A stretch of 64,000 nucleotides of DNA. It comes from Macrostomum lignano (taxonomy: Eukaryota). The notes under the pieces are model-generated. The model was not told where the DNA came from. It made no database searches and was given only the letters and a program-made list of their open reading frames with translations. Position numbers and translations under genes: made by a program. The stretch is taken from contig NIVC01000889.1 of the NCBI GenBank assembly GCA_002269645.1, forward strand, positions 186,001 to 250,000, written 5' to 3'. Positions 27,483 through 40,689 of the stretch are shown piece by piece (the first letter of the stretch is position 1; the number at the start of each line of letters is the position of its first letter).

Positions 27483-30400
27483 CCCAGTGGCAAAGCCGAG
27501 CTCGGCCCGAGCTCGGTCCGCCGAGATCGGGCCGAGCTCGGCGGGTTGACGGCGGTTCTAGCTCGGGCCGACGACCTCGGGCCGAGGTCGGCTGACCGCG
27601 GTAATGCTGAGTAGCTTTGCACTATACTTTCTATTTAGCTTATTATAAAGCTTATATTGCTTCTTACAGATTGACTACATGTAGGTGGTGCCACTTTCAC
27701 TTTCTATAGACTTGTACTCTACATGTAAAATTCGGTATTACATGAAAAAGAAAAGGTGAATGGGAAAACGATATGACACGAATTGAAACCATCGAGTTAA
27801 AGATCCCATGTCATTCCTAGCATGTTAGTGCATTGCAGTGGTAATGTATATGAGCCTAGTTATGGTGAGCCTCTAGTATAACTAGTTTAATTGATTTCCC
27901 CTCGAAATTAGATACATATCCACCAGACTCAGTTCTCTGACCCAACAACTATACAACCAACAACCTTGTCCATTGTCCAGGATTAAATGATTGTGAAATA
28001 AGACAACGATTTAGAACTTAAAATAATTGAATTAAAAGAACACCGCAACAGTAAATCCATCACAAGCACACTAGTGTATTATCAAATGCTAATAATGATA
28101 CAAGATTAACTTTTCAACCAATAAGCAAGAAAACAAAGAGAAAAAGTAGCTAAACAGCTGAAAACAGAGGTTGAGTTAAGGGTTGTGATACGGATTTGGT
28201 TGAGCATTTATTAACATTATAAACTGTAAAGACTTCACTTTAGATTGTAGAACGAGACGCTTGATACGAGGAAAGCGACTGCAATTTATATTGTAAGTAT
28301 TGAGCACGATACATTGGGTGTAAGAGGCTTAAGGGTGGAAAGCAAGAGCGGCCAGAATGCAGAGCGTACATAAGAATGTACAGCGAAATATCGCAGAAGG
28401 GAGCACGCAGCGAAACTGGTAAAACACCACCTCAAAACACGGAGTAAAAAAAGCTAACAAAACAAACAATTTGCTCAGCCAAGTCACCACACTCCTCCCA
28501 CAAAGATTAAGCGTTGGATAAAAACGGGAATAAAAGACGCAAATCAGTTCACAGTCCATAGTCACTGGTAGCGCAGCCGGTCAGCTTAAGCTCTTGCCCT
28601 GGTCGAACGTCAAAGTGGCGCCGCAGAGCTCAACTCTGGCGCCTGGCCAGGCGTCTCCGCAGGGGCCTCTGGTTGATCGTCAGGCACCTCGGCAGCATAG
28701 CGGTTGCTCAACTTTGGAAGGCGCCGCAGGCACTTGATTGATGTGCCGATGGACCTCTCGACCATCGTCAAACTGGCAAGAGACACAGCCCTGGAGCAGT
28801 CGGTCAGAACAGCAGGCTTCCAGCTGCCATCAGCAGCAAAGTCCCTCGCAACGACTGCATTGCCCATCTCAATGCGGTGGTCATGGGCATGGGTGTTGTG
28901 CTGCTGCTTCTGCATCGCTTGTGGGGAGGCTTAGAATCTCACTCCATTTTCTTAGAGTGTTGTATCTAGAACATCAAGGGGGTTAGAAATGAAGCCATAT
29001 GATGAAAAAGTAAAAAAAACTGGAGTCAAATCATAAATGGAAAAACACAAAAATGATACCCAAATCTGGCCTGTAGTGCAAAACTGATGCCAAATGTGGC
29101 ATAGGGCCCTAGTATATAAAAATAGCATCAAGATCTAGTCTATAGTGCAAAAATAAAGTAAAAACCTATTATAGTAATATAAGTATACTATAGTTATACT
29201 AAAAAGTCATTAGAAAAATAATGTAATATAATATGAATACTGTGAATCAATTCAAAAAAGTAAAAAAATGGCATATATAGCAAATTACATTAAATTGCCT
29301 GCCATAAAATGTACAATTGGCATTATATCCTGGCCTATAGTACATAAACAATGCCTTAAATTAACTGATTGTATGTAATTCATGATGGCATTGCCATAGA
29401 CAAATGAACAAATAAGAAACTTAAATATAATAAAGATAAAAATATCATAGGAGCTTAAAAACCTAGCTTTATTTAGGCCATTTTAGACTTCAAATCACAG
29501 GATTTATGACCTAAGCTAGATATCATTCCTACAGTTAAGTTATGGTAACTCCTATTGCAATCCTATACTTTTCAACATTTTATCATGAAAATATGCTTTT
29601 TTTGTAGAAATTTATTCACTTTTAACTCCTAGATAACTATTTGATGGCCATTCTGAAAATAGCTGGTGAATTGCCATCGTAATATGTCTTATTATTATTT
29701 ATGAAAACATATTTCATACGCCTATTCATAAATTGTAAGCAAATCTCCATTAAACCCAAAAAGAAGCAAGTTTACATTGCATTACAGTGTAGTTAACTTC
29801 AACTAGCTATAGTTCAATTAGTTTTGGCTTAACTGTAAGACTAAGTATGTCTCCTGAATTTTTGCTGAAACATCTAAATGCTTCCAAAGAACGTGTAATA
29901 AAAATAATAGAAGCTAAATGAATTGCCACGTTAAAAAGAGCCAGACACTGTTTACAATTTTGACCATGATACGTCGACTACATGGGAGCAATATATTCAA
30001 ATGAATGGCAAAAAATGAGCAATAATTGCGCCTTAAGTAAATTCTGAAGCGGTTTATTATTTATTTTTATTTTTACTAACGATGCTATGTTCTATTATTT
30101 GGTAAATTACTCATTCATATAATTGTTAAAATCCAGTACTTCGAATTTTCCGTACCTATAACGCTTGCACTTCATGGTCGTCTCGAAGGAAAATAAATCC
30201 ATAAAAGTCAAATTGCCTACTAAACGAGGAAACTAATTCAGTAAAAACAGAATTAGTATGTATAAAAAGCACATTGCACTACTTTGGTGGATCAAAAGTG
30301 CTGTATGATTGCGTTGTTTTTGTTTATTGCAAAAGAGTCACTTTTTCAGTGTAAATTATTCATCTATATTTATGCGGTGTTCTTTTTTAATCATATCGAA

Positions 30401-30580
30401 TTGATTATCGTAGGTAAATTCTGCTTAATTGATTAACACTTTTAATCGGTTAACGGCGCGGCACCCCGAGGTTCTCCCGAGTTCGGGCCGACGTCGGCTG
30501 GCCGACTTTAGCATGACCGATCGAATGCCGAGTGGCCGACGTCGGCCCGAGCTCGGACCGAGCTCGGCTTTGCCACTGGG
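27483..30580. mobile_element. Non-autonomous CMC/EnSpm-like DNA transposon, 3098 bp
   Basis: Terminal inverted repeats CCCAGTGGCAAAGCCGAGCTCGG (23 bp exact, extending further with one mismatch), 2-bp TSD AC|...|AC, subterminal CCGAGCTCGG palindromes. No transposase ORF. Confidence 0.8.
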
Positions 30581-30870
30581 ACATTTCCATTATTTTGAGA
30601 ATCGTGCAGTGTTATGTCAGCGCTCATTTTGGCGCCGCAGGTACTCATTTTAGCGCCGCAGGCACTCATGTTGGCGCCGCATGCATTCCTCTAGCTTAGC
30701 GCGGCAGGCACTCGTTTTTGCGCTGAAGGTCTTTGGCGCCCTGAAGAAAAATTATTGATTACCACAACGGGTTACTATACAAGCAAGGACTACTAAAGTA
30801 ACTTATATATACGACGCTACACTCGAAATCTATGGTAAATGTTTTGAAGGCAACTTTTCGCCGAAAAATG

Positions 30871-31038
30871 TACACTACAGAGATAGGCAGTTTTAATTTT
30901 TTCAGCACAAAAATTGTTATTGCTTTTGATAGGAGGCAGATCCAGTGTTAATTCATCTTTTGATATGTTGTGCCTTTCTTATTGCTCTATATCGATATAT
31001 TCATACAGCTTTTCGTTCAGAAAATTAGGATTCTATGT
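30871..31038. mobile_element. Partial copy of the 9691-9948 MITE arm
   Basis: Near-identical TTTTTCAGCACAAAAATTG...CAGCTTTTCGTTCAGAAAATT. Confidence 0.8.
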
Positions 31039-31423
31039 CCCCCTGTCCTTCCGGTGGTGACGCGCCTGCGTTGTACTAGTATCACTACACATATGTCTTA
31101 TTGCTCATACGAGTACGAGTATGATACGAGTATGAAAATGCACCAAGTTGGTTCTTCTGCCGATTTTTCACACTACTTTTTATTGATGCGTCAGTGCCAG
31201 CAATCTTCACCATCGCTTGCATGGAAACTAAGCTTATGGTTCCGTTTGTGAACGTTACTAAGAATCTTCTTAATTGTGAATTGTTAAACAGGTCAATAAA
31301 TTATTAATTAAACGATCGAGGATTGTATTTTACACGCAATCTGTTTAAGTTCCATGCGTACGTGCTTGGTTTGAATTTTTTTAGCAAGCGATCAAATAGA
31401 ACTGCTTACAGCTGCCTGCAGAG

Positions 31424-34400
31424 ATGTCGAGCGACGTTGAGCCGATCGATAAAGTAGGAAAAGTTTCTACTCCATCAAATACGGCCAGTCAAGGTAATAA
31501 AAGTGCATTACCAATGATTGCAGTTGCGTTAAAATTATAGGCTGTATTGCTTCCAACCCGGACAATGTATTTAGAAATCCTTAATGGTAGCCATGCAGTG
31601 CTGCCTCCTGTGAAAACGCACGTTGTATCAACAGTATGTTTGATTTTCCCTCTGTGTATTCGGTTCTGACGAGAGAGAGAAGAGAACGGAGGGGAGAACA
31701 GAAGAGGAGAGAGGAGAGGTGAGAGGGGAGGAGAGTGGAGAGGAAAAGAGCAAGATAGTGCCAGGCAGACAAAGGAGGGAAAGGAGTAAGTGGCATATAC
31801 AATGCAAGGACATATGCAGCAATGCTAAAAATGCGTAAAATTGCCAAGGGTTTGCCGGCTCCCTTGGGTTAAATGGTTCTTCAAAGACCTACTGTAACTG
31901 CATTGCATCTACGCGAGCGACTTAGTCGAGACAGTTTTGGCAGTTACCAATTCTTCTGCGCCAAATATTCAGTTCTCATAATTAAACATGCAAAATGAAT
32001 CTGTACGCTTGCTTTGCTTGTTAAACCAGAGCCTCTGTGCTATGGCACGCAGCAGGGAGCGAGTGTTGCTATTCGAAAGAAAGCAGGGTATTGTTCCACA
32101 ATTCGCATGGATACATGCATGAATGTGTGTGTAGTCAAGCAGTTTTGCCACAAGCCAGCGAAAGTATATATATATATGATTGTGAATAAGATGAAAGCAG
32201 AGACAAACAGACTAAGCTAGTGTTAACTCGAGTGAATCTATAGAATGACGGAGGCTGCAGAAGCTCCAGAAGATTTCGCCCTTGTTGAAGAGTCCTTAGA
32301 ATTGCTGAGTGAGACATGACTGCTGCCTTAAATTTAATCATTCGTACAATGCGATATTAGAGTTGAATTGCACGTAACTTCTCATTGTTTACTTGTCAAT
32401 ACCCTCTGACAGAAAAGTGCAGGTCAGTGTTTCAACTGTTCAACCGGGGCTCGGACAGCATGCTCACCAGAGACCTCGGGTCCGCTCTGCGCGCTCTGGG
32501 CCAGATACCCAGCGATCAGGAGGTGGAGATGATCGCCTCAAAGCTGGAGCAGGATGACATCTATGACAAAGGTTCGGGCTTATCTTGTTGGCTCTCTCTG
32601 TTTTGTTCAGACAGTGTGAAATGAATATTCCCTGGAGGGCTGTATAGGCACCTTGACGCAACGATTTTTTAGGATACACAAAAATCTCCTTTGACGACTT
32701 TCATCGTGTTGTACAAGAGAATTGCGAGAGAAAAGACGACATCAGAGAAATGGTTCTCGACTCGTTTAGGGTGAGTCTTGGTCAGTCAGTCAGTCAGTCA
32801 GTCAGTCAGTCAGTCAGTCAGTCAGTCAGTCAGTCAGTCAGTCAGTCAGTCAGTCAGTCAGTCAGTCAGTCAGTCAGTCAGTCAGTCAGTCAGTCAGTCA
32901 GTCAGTCAGTCAGTCAGTCAGTCAGTCAGTCAGTCAGTCAGTCAGTCAGTCAGTCAGTCAGTCAGTCAGTCAGTCAGTCAGTCAGTCAGTCAGTCAGTCA
33001 GTCAGTCAGTCAGTCAGTCAGTCAGTCAGTCAGTCAGTCAGTCAGTCAGTCAGTCAGTCAGTCAGTCAGTCAGTCAGTCAGTCAGTCAGTCAGTCAGTCA
33101 GTCAGTCAGTCAGTCAGTCAGTCAGTCAGTCAGTCAGTCAGTCAGTCAGTCAGTCAGTCAGTCAGTCAGTCAGTCAGTCAGTCAGTCAGTCAGTCAGTCA
33201 GTCAGTCAGTCAGTCAGTCAGTCAGTCAGTCAGTCAGTCAGTCAGTCAGTCAGTCAGTCAGTCAGTCAGTCAGTCAGTCAGTCAGTCAGTCAGTCAGTCA
33301 GTCAGTCAGTCAGTCAGTCAGTCAGTCAGTCAGTCAGTCAGTCAGTCAGTCAGTCAGTCAGTCAGTCAGTCAGTCAGTCAGTCAGTCAGTCAGTCAGTCA
33401 GTCAGTCAGTCAGTCAGTCAGTCAGTCAGTCAGTCAGTCAGTCAGTCAGTCAGTCAGTCAGTCAGTCAGTCAGTCAGTCAGTCAGTCAGTCAGTCAGTCA
33501 GTCAGTCAGTCAGTCAGTCAGTCAGTCAGTCAGTCAGTCAGTCAGTCAGTCAGTCAGTCAGTCAGTCAGTCAGTCAGTCAGTCAGTCAGTCAGTCAGTCA
33601 GTCAGTCAGTCAGTCAGTCAGTCAGTCAGTCAGTCAGTCAGTCAGTCAGTCAGTCAGTCAGTCAGTCAGTCAGTCAGTCAGTCAGTCAGTCAGTCAGTCA
33701 GTCAGTCAGTCAGTCAGTCAGTCAGTCAGTCAGTCAGTCAGTCAGTCAGTCAGTCAGTCAGTCAGTCAGTCAGTCAGTCAGTCAGTCAGTCAGTCAGTCA
33801 GTCAGTCAGTCAGTCAGTCAGTCAGTCAGTCAGTCAGTCAGTCAGTCAGTCAGTCAGTCAGTCAGTCAGTCAGTCAGTCAGTCAGTCAGTCAGTCAGTCA
33901 GTCAGTCAGTCAGTCAGTCAGTCAGTCAGTCAGTCAGTCAGTCAGTCAGTCAGTCAGTCAGTCAGTCAGTCAGTCAGTCAGTCAGTCAGTCAGTCAGTCA
34001 GTCAGTCAGTCAGTCAGTCAGTCAGTCAGTCAGTCAGTCAGTCAGTCAGTCAGTCAGTCAGTCAGTCAGTCAGTCAGTCAGTCAGTCAGTCAGTCAGTCA
34101 GTCAGTCAGTCAGTCAGTCAGTCAGTCAGTCAGTCAGTCAGTCAGTCAGTCAGTCAGTCAGTCAGTCAGTCAGTCAGTCAGTCAGTCAGTCAGTCAGTCA
34201 GTCAGTCAGTCAGTCAGTCAGTCAGTCAGTCAGTCAGTCAGTCAGTCAGTCAGTCAGTCAGTCAGTCAGTCAGTCAGTCAGTCAGTCAGTCAGTCAGTCA
34301 GTCAGTCAGTCAGTCAGTCAGTCAGTCAGTCAGTCAGTCAGTCAGTCAGTCAGTCAGTCAGTCAGTCAGTCAGTCAGTCAGTCAGTCAGTCAGTCAGTCA

Positions 34401-34799
34401 GTCAGTCAGTCAGTCAGTCAGTCAGTCATCCCAACTCCAGGCCATGGATCTCAAAGCCAGCGGTCTGGTGGACGCCGCCCAGCTCTCATCGCTGCTCACT
34501 GGCTCAGGTGAGGCATTGACTCAAGCGGAGATGAAGGAGCTGCTTCAGGAAGCTGGAGTTAACAAGGACGGAAAGATTGACTACTCAAGTGAGACGGAAT
34601 TTCTGAATATAGCTCGTTTGCTAAGAAGATGTTTGACAACATTCAATCTACTACTCACAAAATACGAATTTCAGGATTCGTTGAGCAGCTGCTGCAGTTT
34701 GAAATGGCTCAGGCTGCCGCTCCCGCTGCAAAGAAAGAGACGGCAGATGAGGCCAAGCCGAAAGAGAACAAGAAGGCCAAGGGCAAGAAGAAAAAATGA
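31424..34799 (+). CDS. Calmodulin/myosin-light-chain-like EF-hand protein with a Lys-rich tail
   Basis: Exons 31424-31493 (least certain), 32413-32571, 32673-32770, 34441-34588 and 34675-34799, in phase. Motifs 'RSVFQLFN', 'LGSALRALGQIPSDQEV', 'ISFDDF', 'GEALTQAEMKELL', 'NKDGKIDY', C-terminal 'KKAKGKKKK*'. Confidence 0.85.
32781..34427. repeat. Perfect (GTCA)n array of about 1.65 kb forming nearly all of intron 3 of the EF-hand gene
   Basis: Donor at 32771, acceptor at 34440. Confidence 0.98.
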
Positions 34800-35017
34800 C
34801 TAACTTGCTTTTTTACTGTTTGTTTTCGCTAGCATAAAAACTTTTGTATATGCAGAGAGAACAATATCTCAGTGTGTATCTCAATCTGCTGTTCCTGACT
34901 TTCAAGTCTGTGTTGAGAAAAAATAAAACCTGCCCGACACACTGGTATAACAAAGTATTTATTGTACGAGAATACCGATTTTAAACAGCCTTCTAAACAG
35001 AAATAAATGATGGTTTT

Positions 35018-35559
<542 letters not shown>

Positions 35560-36670
35560 AAATCTCTTCAATGCACACAAATGGTGAGTTGTTGTCTCCC
35601 AAATACTTTTTGCCCACTTTGGAGTTGATTACCTGGAAATTATCTGAGTATCATGGAGGAGTTGGTTAGAATCCAGTTTTACCTAAAATACATGTAGTAC
35701 AACTGAGAGTGTAAATTCCTTATCAGATTTATTTTTAACAGTGAGTCACAGTGAGAAGAGTCGGAGTCGGCTAGCAGCACAAGTCCCGAGACCGATCCTT
35801 AAAAAACGCTGAAAAAAGGTTCTCGTAAATGTCTGAACAAGTATCCAAGTTGTTTAATAATAAATGGAGCTCCCTGGTGAGCTCAGGGTGTAAGCGACGC
35901 TGCAGTGCTGATGAACAAAACAATGACACAGCTACGGGGGGTCCGACGAAGAATCTATTATAGAGTTTCATAAGTGTGTAGGCATTAATCCAAACACACA
36001 CGCTGGCGCTGTATAAACAGACAGAGAGGTTTAGGCTAAGCGCTAAGCCTATAACTATTATAGCGCGCGGTGAAAGTGGAAGAGATGCCAAGTTTTTAAA
36101 CCGAAGAATCTGCAGGCAGAGTGAGCGAGCGGGAGAGTGAGTAAGAGAAAATAGAGATGCTGGACTTATGGCTCATTTCCGACGTGCCACACCGCCTTTC
36201 ATTTTACCGGGGGGGGGAGGCACAATAGCGAGAGAGCGCGGAATCGTCCCCACCAAAATGAGCTTGTCACTCAAGCGGTGCAGCCAACACTTTCACTCGG
36301 CTCTGGGCTTTTAAGGACGAAAGAGGAGGCTACACGGAGTCGGACTGGGGGAGGGGGAGAGGCAGAGGGAGACAGACAGACACACGGCGAGCTTACAAGC
36401 GACTGCAGCCCGTTAGACAGTTGGGTCGGGCGGCCCGGTTCTATCTGAAGTATAAGAGAAGAGAAGAATGCACGACCCCCCCCCCCCCCTGCAGCCCCAG
36501 TTTTACTGTGGAATAGATAAGAGAGGCCTAAGCTCTGCCAGAATAAAAGAGTAGTTTCGGGCTAGTTGAGGACCTGTCCTAATAGGTCTAAGCCAAAAGC
36601 CGTTATAAATGTACCTGTGCAGATCCAGCTGATTAAAAAGGACGTCGAAGAAGCGTTGAAGAAATTCAGC

Positions 36671-37843
36671 ATGCAGGCAGCAGCAACAACAGCGGCGGCG
36701 GATGCACTGCTGATGCTACTCTTTGTGCTGCTAGCAACACGTTCAGCTGGAGTGCAGCTGCCGCCGAATCAAGCTGACGAAGCTCAAGCAGTTGTGAGGT
36801 ACGAGAAAGGCGACTGCATCTACGAGACCATCGCCTGTCTGTACGACGACAGCTGCGGGCCGCTGCTCCGCACGGTGTACGCCTACTGTTACGAGACTGA
36901 CGGCTATCTCCGAGATCGGCCGGACGGGTCCAGGCTGCAATGCGACTCCTCCTGCTCGGTGCTCCTGTCGCTGTTATTCAACACTACTGGCGGAGCCCGC
37001 CTGACTCAGTGCAACTACAGCGGCAACGAGTTCTGGACTCAGATCGTCATACACAAGCGGCGAGCCTGCGCCGGCCTGCTGGAGAAAACCGACGCCTTGC
37101 TGCGACGCGAGCTGGATGGAGAAATCCGAACTGATTGCTGGCTGGCTGGGCTGCTGTGCGCCAAGGACTTCGCCTGCCGGTCGACTCTCACAGCCGTGCT
37201 GGACCTGCCGTGCTACGACGGACCCTGCAGCCAGGACTGCGCCGCTCGGCTCAGCAACTTTGCTAAAGACTTTGGCCACATTTTCCACACATTCCTGAGC
37301 TGCTTGTGCGGCCCGGACCTGGCAGCCGCCTGTCCTCAACCAGTGCCTGGTGATTACCTTGGCAACCGAAGCGCCGCACTGGACCAAGTTGCATTTGTAT
37401 CGCCACTGGACGGTCTGATGACTCAGCTGGGCAGGGGCGCCATCCGCGAGCACATGCGAGACATTGTCTGGCTGCTGAAGGTGTTCGAACATCCGTTCTA
37501 CTGTCGCAGCATGAAGACAATCATCAGCGAAGCAACCTGCCTGCCGCCGGTGAGCAGACAGCCTACAGTCGATGAGCCGCTTTGCACCATTGAGCCGATG
37601 TACGAACTGCCAGAAACTACAACTGTTGCTAACCAGCTCACCACCGATGCCAGTTCTCAGCAAGCTGTCCCCAGCTCAGATCCAACGACAACTGTTGAGC
37701 AACCTTACACTGACAAACCGAAGAGTGCCTCTGCCGACTCAGCGACTCCAGTTGCCAGCGCCTGCGGCAGATTCCGCACAGACTGGGAAACTTCCAATCT
37801 AATCACAGTCAGCGTTTTGATATTTTTGACAACGAAGTTTTAG
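36671..37843 (+). CDS. GAS1/GDNF-receptor-alpha-like Cys-rich surface protein, probably GPI-anchored (intronless)
   Basis: Signal peptide; two Cys modules ('IACLYDDSCGPLL...CDSSC', 'LLCAKDFACRSTL...CSQDC...CLC'); Thr/Ser/Pro-rich stalk; hydrophobic C-terminus 'NLITVSVLIFLTTKF'. Confidence 0.7.
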   Translation: MQAAATTAAADALLMLLFVLLATRSAGVQLPPNQADEAQAVVRYEKGDCIYETIACLYDDSCGPLLRTVYAYCYETDGYLRDRPDGSRLQCDSSCSVLLSLLFNTTGGARLTQCNYSGNEFWTQIVIHKRRACAGLLEKTDALLRRELDGEIRTDCWLAGLLCAKDFACRSTLTAVLDLPCYDGPCSQDCAARLSNFAKDFGHIFHTFLSCLCGPDLAAACPQPVPGDYLGNRSAALDQVAFVSPLDGLMTQLGRGAIREHMRDIVWLLKVFEHPFYCRSMKTIISEATCLPPVSRQPTVDEPLCTIEPMYELPETTTVANQLTTDASSQQAVPSSDPTTTVEQPYTDKPKSASADSATPVASACGRFRTDWETSNLITVSVLIFLTTKF

Positions 37844-38062
37844 AAAGAATTGCACTTCGCGTTTGACATTTAAATATAACACTATTTTTACTATCAATGC
37901 TACTTGAAGTACTTTGCCGAGCATTTTGAAATGTCTGACTCTCGCGCCAAATAAGCCATGCGCAAACACATTGATTTGGGGCTTGTGTGCATGATAATTA
38001 TCCATGAGGGTTGCCGTGCGATTCACAGCCATCAGGGCTGACCATCTAGGAACAGAGTGTAC

Positions 38063-38698
38063 ACTCACTCACTCACTCACTCACTCACTCACTCACTCAC
38101 TCACTCACTCACTCACTCACTCACTCACTCACTCACTCACTCACTCACTCACTCACTCACTCACTCACTCACTCACTCACTCACTCACTCACTCACTCAC
38201 TCACTCACTCACTCACTCACTCACTCACTCACTCACTCACTCACTCACTCACTCACTCACTCACTCACTCACTCACTCACTCACTCACTCACTCACTCAC
38301 TCACTCACTCACTCACTCACTCACTCACTCACTCACTCACTCACTCACTCACTCACTCACTCACTCACTCACTCACTCACTCACTCACTCACTCACTCAC
38401 TCACTCACTCACTCACTCACTCACTCACTCACTCACTCACTCACTCACTCACTCACTCACTCACTCACTCACTCACTCACTCACTCACTCACTCACTCAC
38501 TCACTCACTCACTCACTCACTCACTCACTCACTCACTCACTCACTCACTCACTCACTCACTCACTCACTCACTCACTCACTCACTCACTCACTCACTCAC
38601 TCACTCACTCACTCACTCACTCACTCACTCACTCACTCACTCACTCACTCACTCACTCACTCACTCACTCACTCACTCACTCACTCACTCACTCACTC
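38063..38698. repeat. Perfect (ACTC)n microsatellite
   Basis: Direct sequence; followed by AATAAA at about 38709. Confidence 0.98.
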
Positions 38699-38994
38699 TC
38701 ATGAGAGTGAATAAAAAGGTAATAAAAACATTGTTTGCAATCCTATTTGCAAAAATGTACACACGACCGAGTGTACAGACAGTGTCTGACACCCACCACC
38801 CCTTATTTCTAAAAATAGCCTTCCAGCTAACCAGCCACCCCAAACCCCCTCTTCCACGCTGGAGATTTCAAGCCAGGAGGGCGACACAGCTTGATAAATG
38901 CACCCAAATCTTGAATTAGGAACGTCTCAGCCAACTCAGCTTCGCTCCAAAACAGCAACAAAAGCAAAAAGAAAGCAAAGAGAATATTGATACG

Positions 38995-39636
38995 ATGGGC
39001 ATCGGCTCCAGCAGCGAAGCCCGAAGCCGCGTCATCATGATTGGCCTCGACTCGGCTGGCAAGACCACTCTACTGTACAAGCTGAAAAGTGGCGAAGTCA
39101 GCACATCGATTCCCACTATCGGGTTCAACGTTGAGACACTGAGCCTCAGTCGGAGCACCCAGCTAGTCAGCTGGGATGTTGGCGGACGCTGTTCGCTGAG
39201 ACCTCTGTGGCGGCACTACTTCAAAGACGCCCAAGGCCTGATATTTGTAGTTGACAGCTCCGATAGAGATCGGATGCACGAAGCGGCAGACGAGTTGGCT
39301 CGACTACTCGAACACGACGAGCTCGCTGGCTGCCCGCTGCTGGTGCTGGCCAACAAGAAGGACCTGCCGAGTGCCATGCCGCTGGCTGAGCTGACGGAGA
39401 GGCTGAGCGTGCCCCGTCTGCGTCTCAACCGGCCATTCCGGATGTTCGCCATCAGTGCAAGTAACTTTGATGGCGTTGCGGGAGCGTTCGACTGGCTGGC
39501 CAGAGAGGTGAAACGCCGCCTTCCAGGCTCCAAGGATAAAGCTCAAGAAGCATTGGGCAGCCATGGCAACGGCAAAATTCTACAGCTGACCGAGAGTCTG
39601 CTGCCGAAAGGGCTGCAGAAATTGCTGTTCTCCTAG
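38995..39636 (+). CDS. ARF/ARL-family small GTPase, divergent and intronless
   Basis: MG start, G1 'GLDSAGKTT', switch I '[10 protein letters not shown]', G3 'WDVGGR', 'LRPLWRHYF', G4 'NKKD'. Confidence 0.92.
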   Translation: MGIGSSSEARSRVIMIGLDSAGKTTLLYKLKSGEVSTSIPTIGFNVETLSLSRSTQLVSWDVGGRCSLRPLWRHYFKDAQGLIFVVDSSDRDRMHEAADELARLLEHDELAGCPLLVLANKKDLPSAMPLAELTERLSVPRLRLNRPFRMFAISASNFDGVAGAFDWLAREVKRRLPGSKDKAQEALGSHGNGKILQLTESLLPKGLQKLLFS

Positions 39637-39828
39637 AAGACTTTGCTTTCTTTTTGCTCTGATTCTTAAAAAACTTTTGGAAGTTTTGAAGGTATACACA
39701 ATTTAGAAAACTGCGCTCGTACATAAAAAATAATCGATTTGTTTATTGTGCCACTTGCAGTAGCCTCTGTTGAAGATACTCTTTCGATGCAAAATTCAGG
39801 GGCAGCCGTACACCCTGAGAGAGCCTGT

Positions 39829-40188
39829 TCAAGGCTTACTGGGGATTTGCTGAGATGTCAAGGCTTACTGGGGATTTGCTGAGATGTCAAGGCTTACTGG
39901 GGATTTGCTGGAGATGTCAAGGCTTACTGGGGATTTGCTGAGATGTCAAGGCTTACTGGGGATTTGCTGAGATGTCAAGGCTTACTGGGGATTTGCTGAG
40001 ATGTCAAGGCTTACTGTGGGAATTGCTGAGATGTCAAGGCTTACTGGGGATTTGCTGAGATGTCAAGGCTTACTGTGGGAATTGCTGAGATGTCAAGGCT
40101 TACTGGGGATTTGCTGAGATGTCAAGGCTTACTGTGGGAATTGCTGAGATGTCAAGGCTTACTGGGGATTTGCTGAGATGTCAAGGCT
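39829..40188. repeat. 29-bp tandem repeat (CAAGGCTTACTGGGGATTTGCTGAGATGT), about 12 copies
   Basis: Direct sequence. Confidence 0.95.
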
Positions 40189-40689
40189 GAGGTGGGAAGC
40201 TAGCTCGTATATGTTGTTTATTCAAAATTTTTTATTTCTATTTTTTGAACAATGTTAAGGTGGCTTATTAAAATGAAATAGTAATTCATTCTTTCGTTTT
40301 AAAGGATTCTCAAGTAATTTTCGTATTTTGCTTATTAGCCGCCCCGAAGGGGGGCACTAGATTGCTAGTCTAATATACTAAAAATAGAATGTCTAAATCG
40401 CGCACTGAGATGTAGATGAAGACTAGGAAAAAAGAGGAACCCGCATTTAATCGATAGATAGACTTAACACGAGGCACAACGAATATCAATTCCCTTCACA
40501 AAAAGCCGCCAAAATTAACACAATTATAACAAAAAGCATAATTTTTTAAATCAACTCGAATAGGCATGAATTATAAAATCAGCAGAGATAAAAAATTGAG
40601 AAACGTGACAGGAGTGTGAATGACTGTGCATTCAATCAAGCAAAAGAATCAGAAACCTGCTAAGACTGAGAGACCAAGATGGGGAGAGA

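Noticed and set aside
32750-34519. Long ORFs SVSQ, TDRQ, CLSV, LTHS, YLSI, RCRG, ESGN and similar
   Set aside because: Stop-free translations of microsatellites or minisatellites that lie inside introns or intergenic DNA.
35771-36091. 106-aa minus-strand ORF
   Set aside because: No ATG start, no motif and no splice support.
39829-40188. Hammerhead-encoding satellite
   Set aside because: CTGAGAT is not CUGANGA, and there is no GAAA core or flanking stems.
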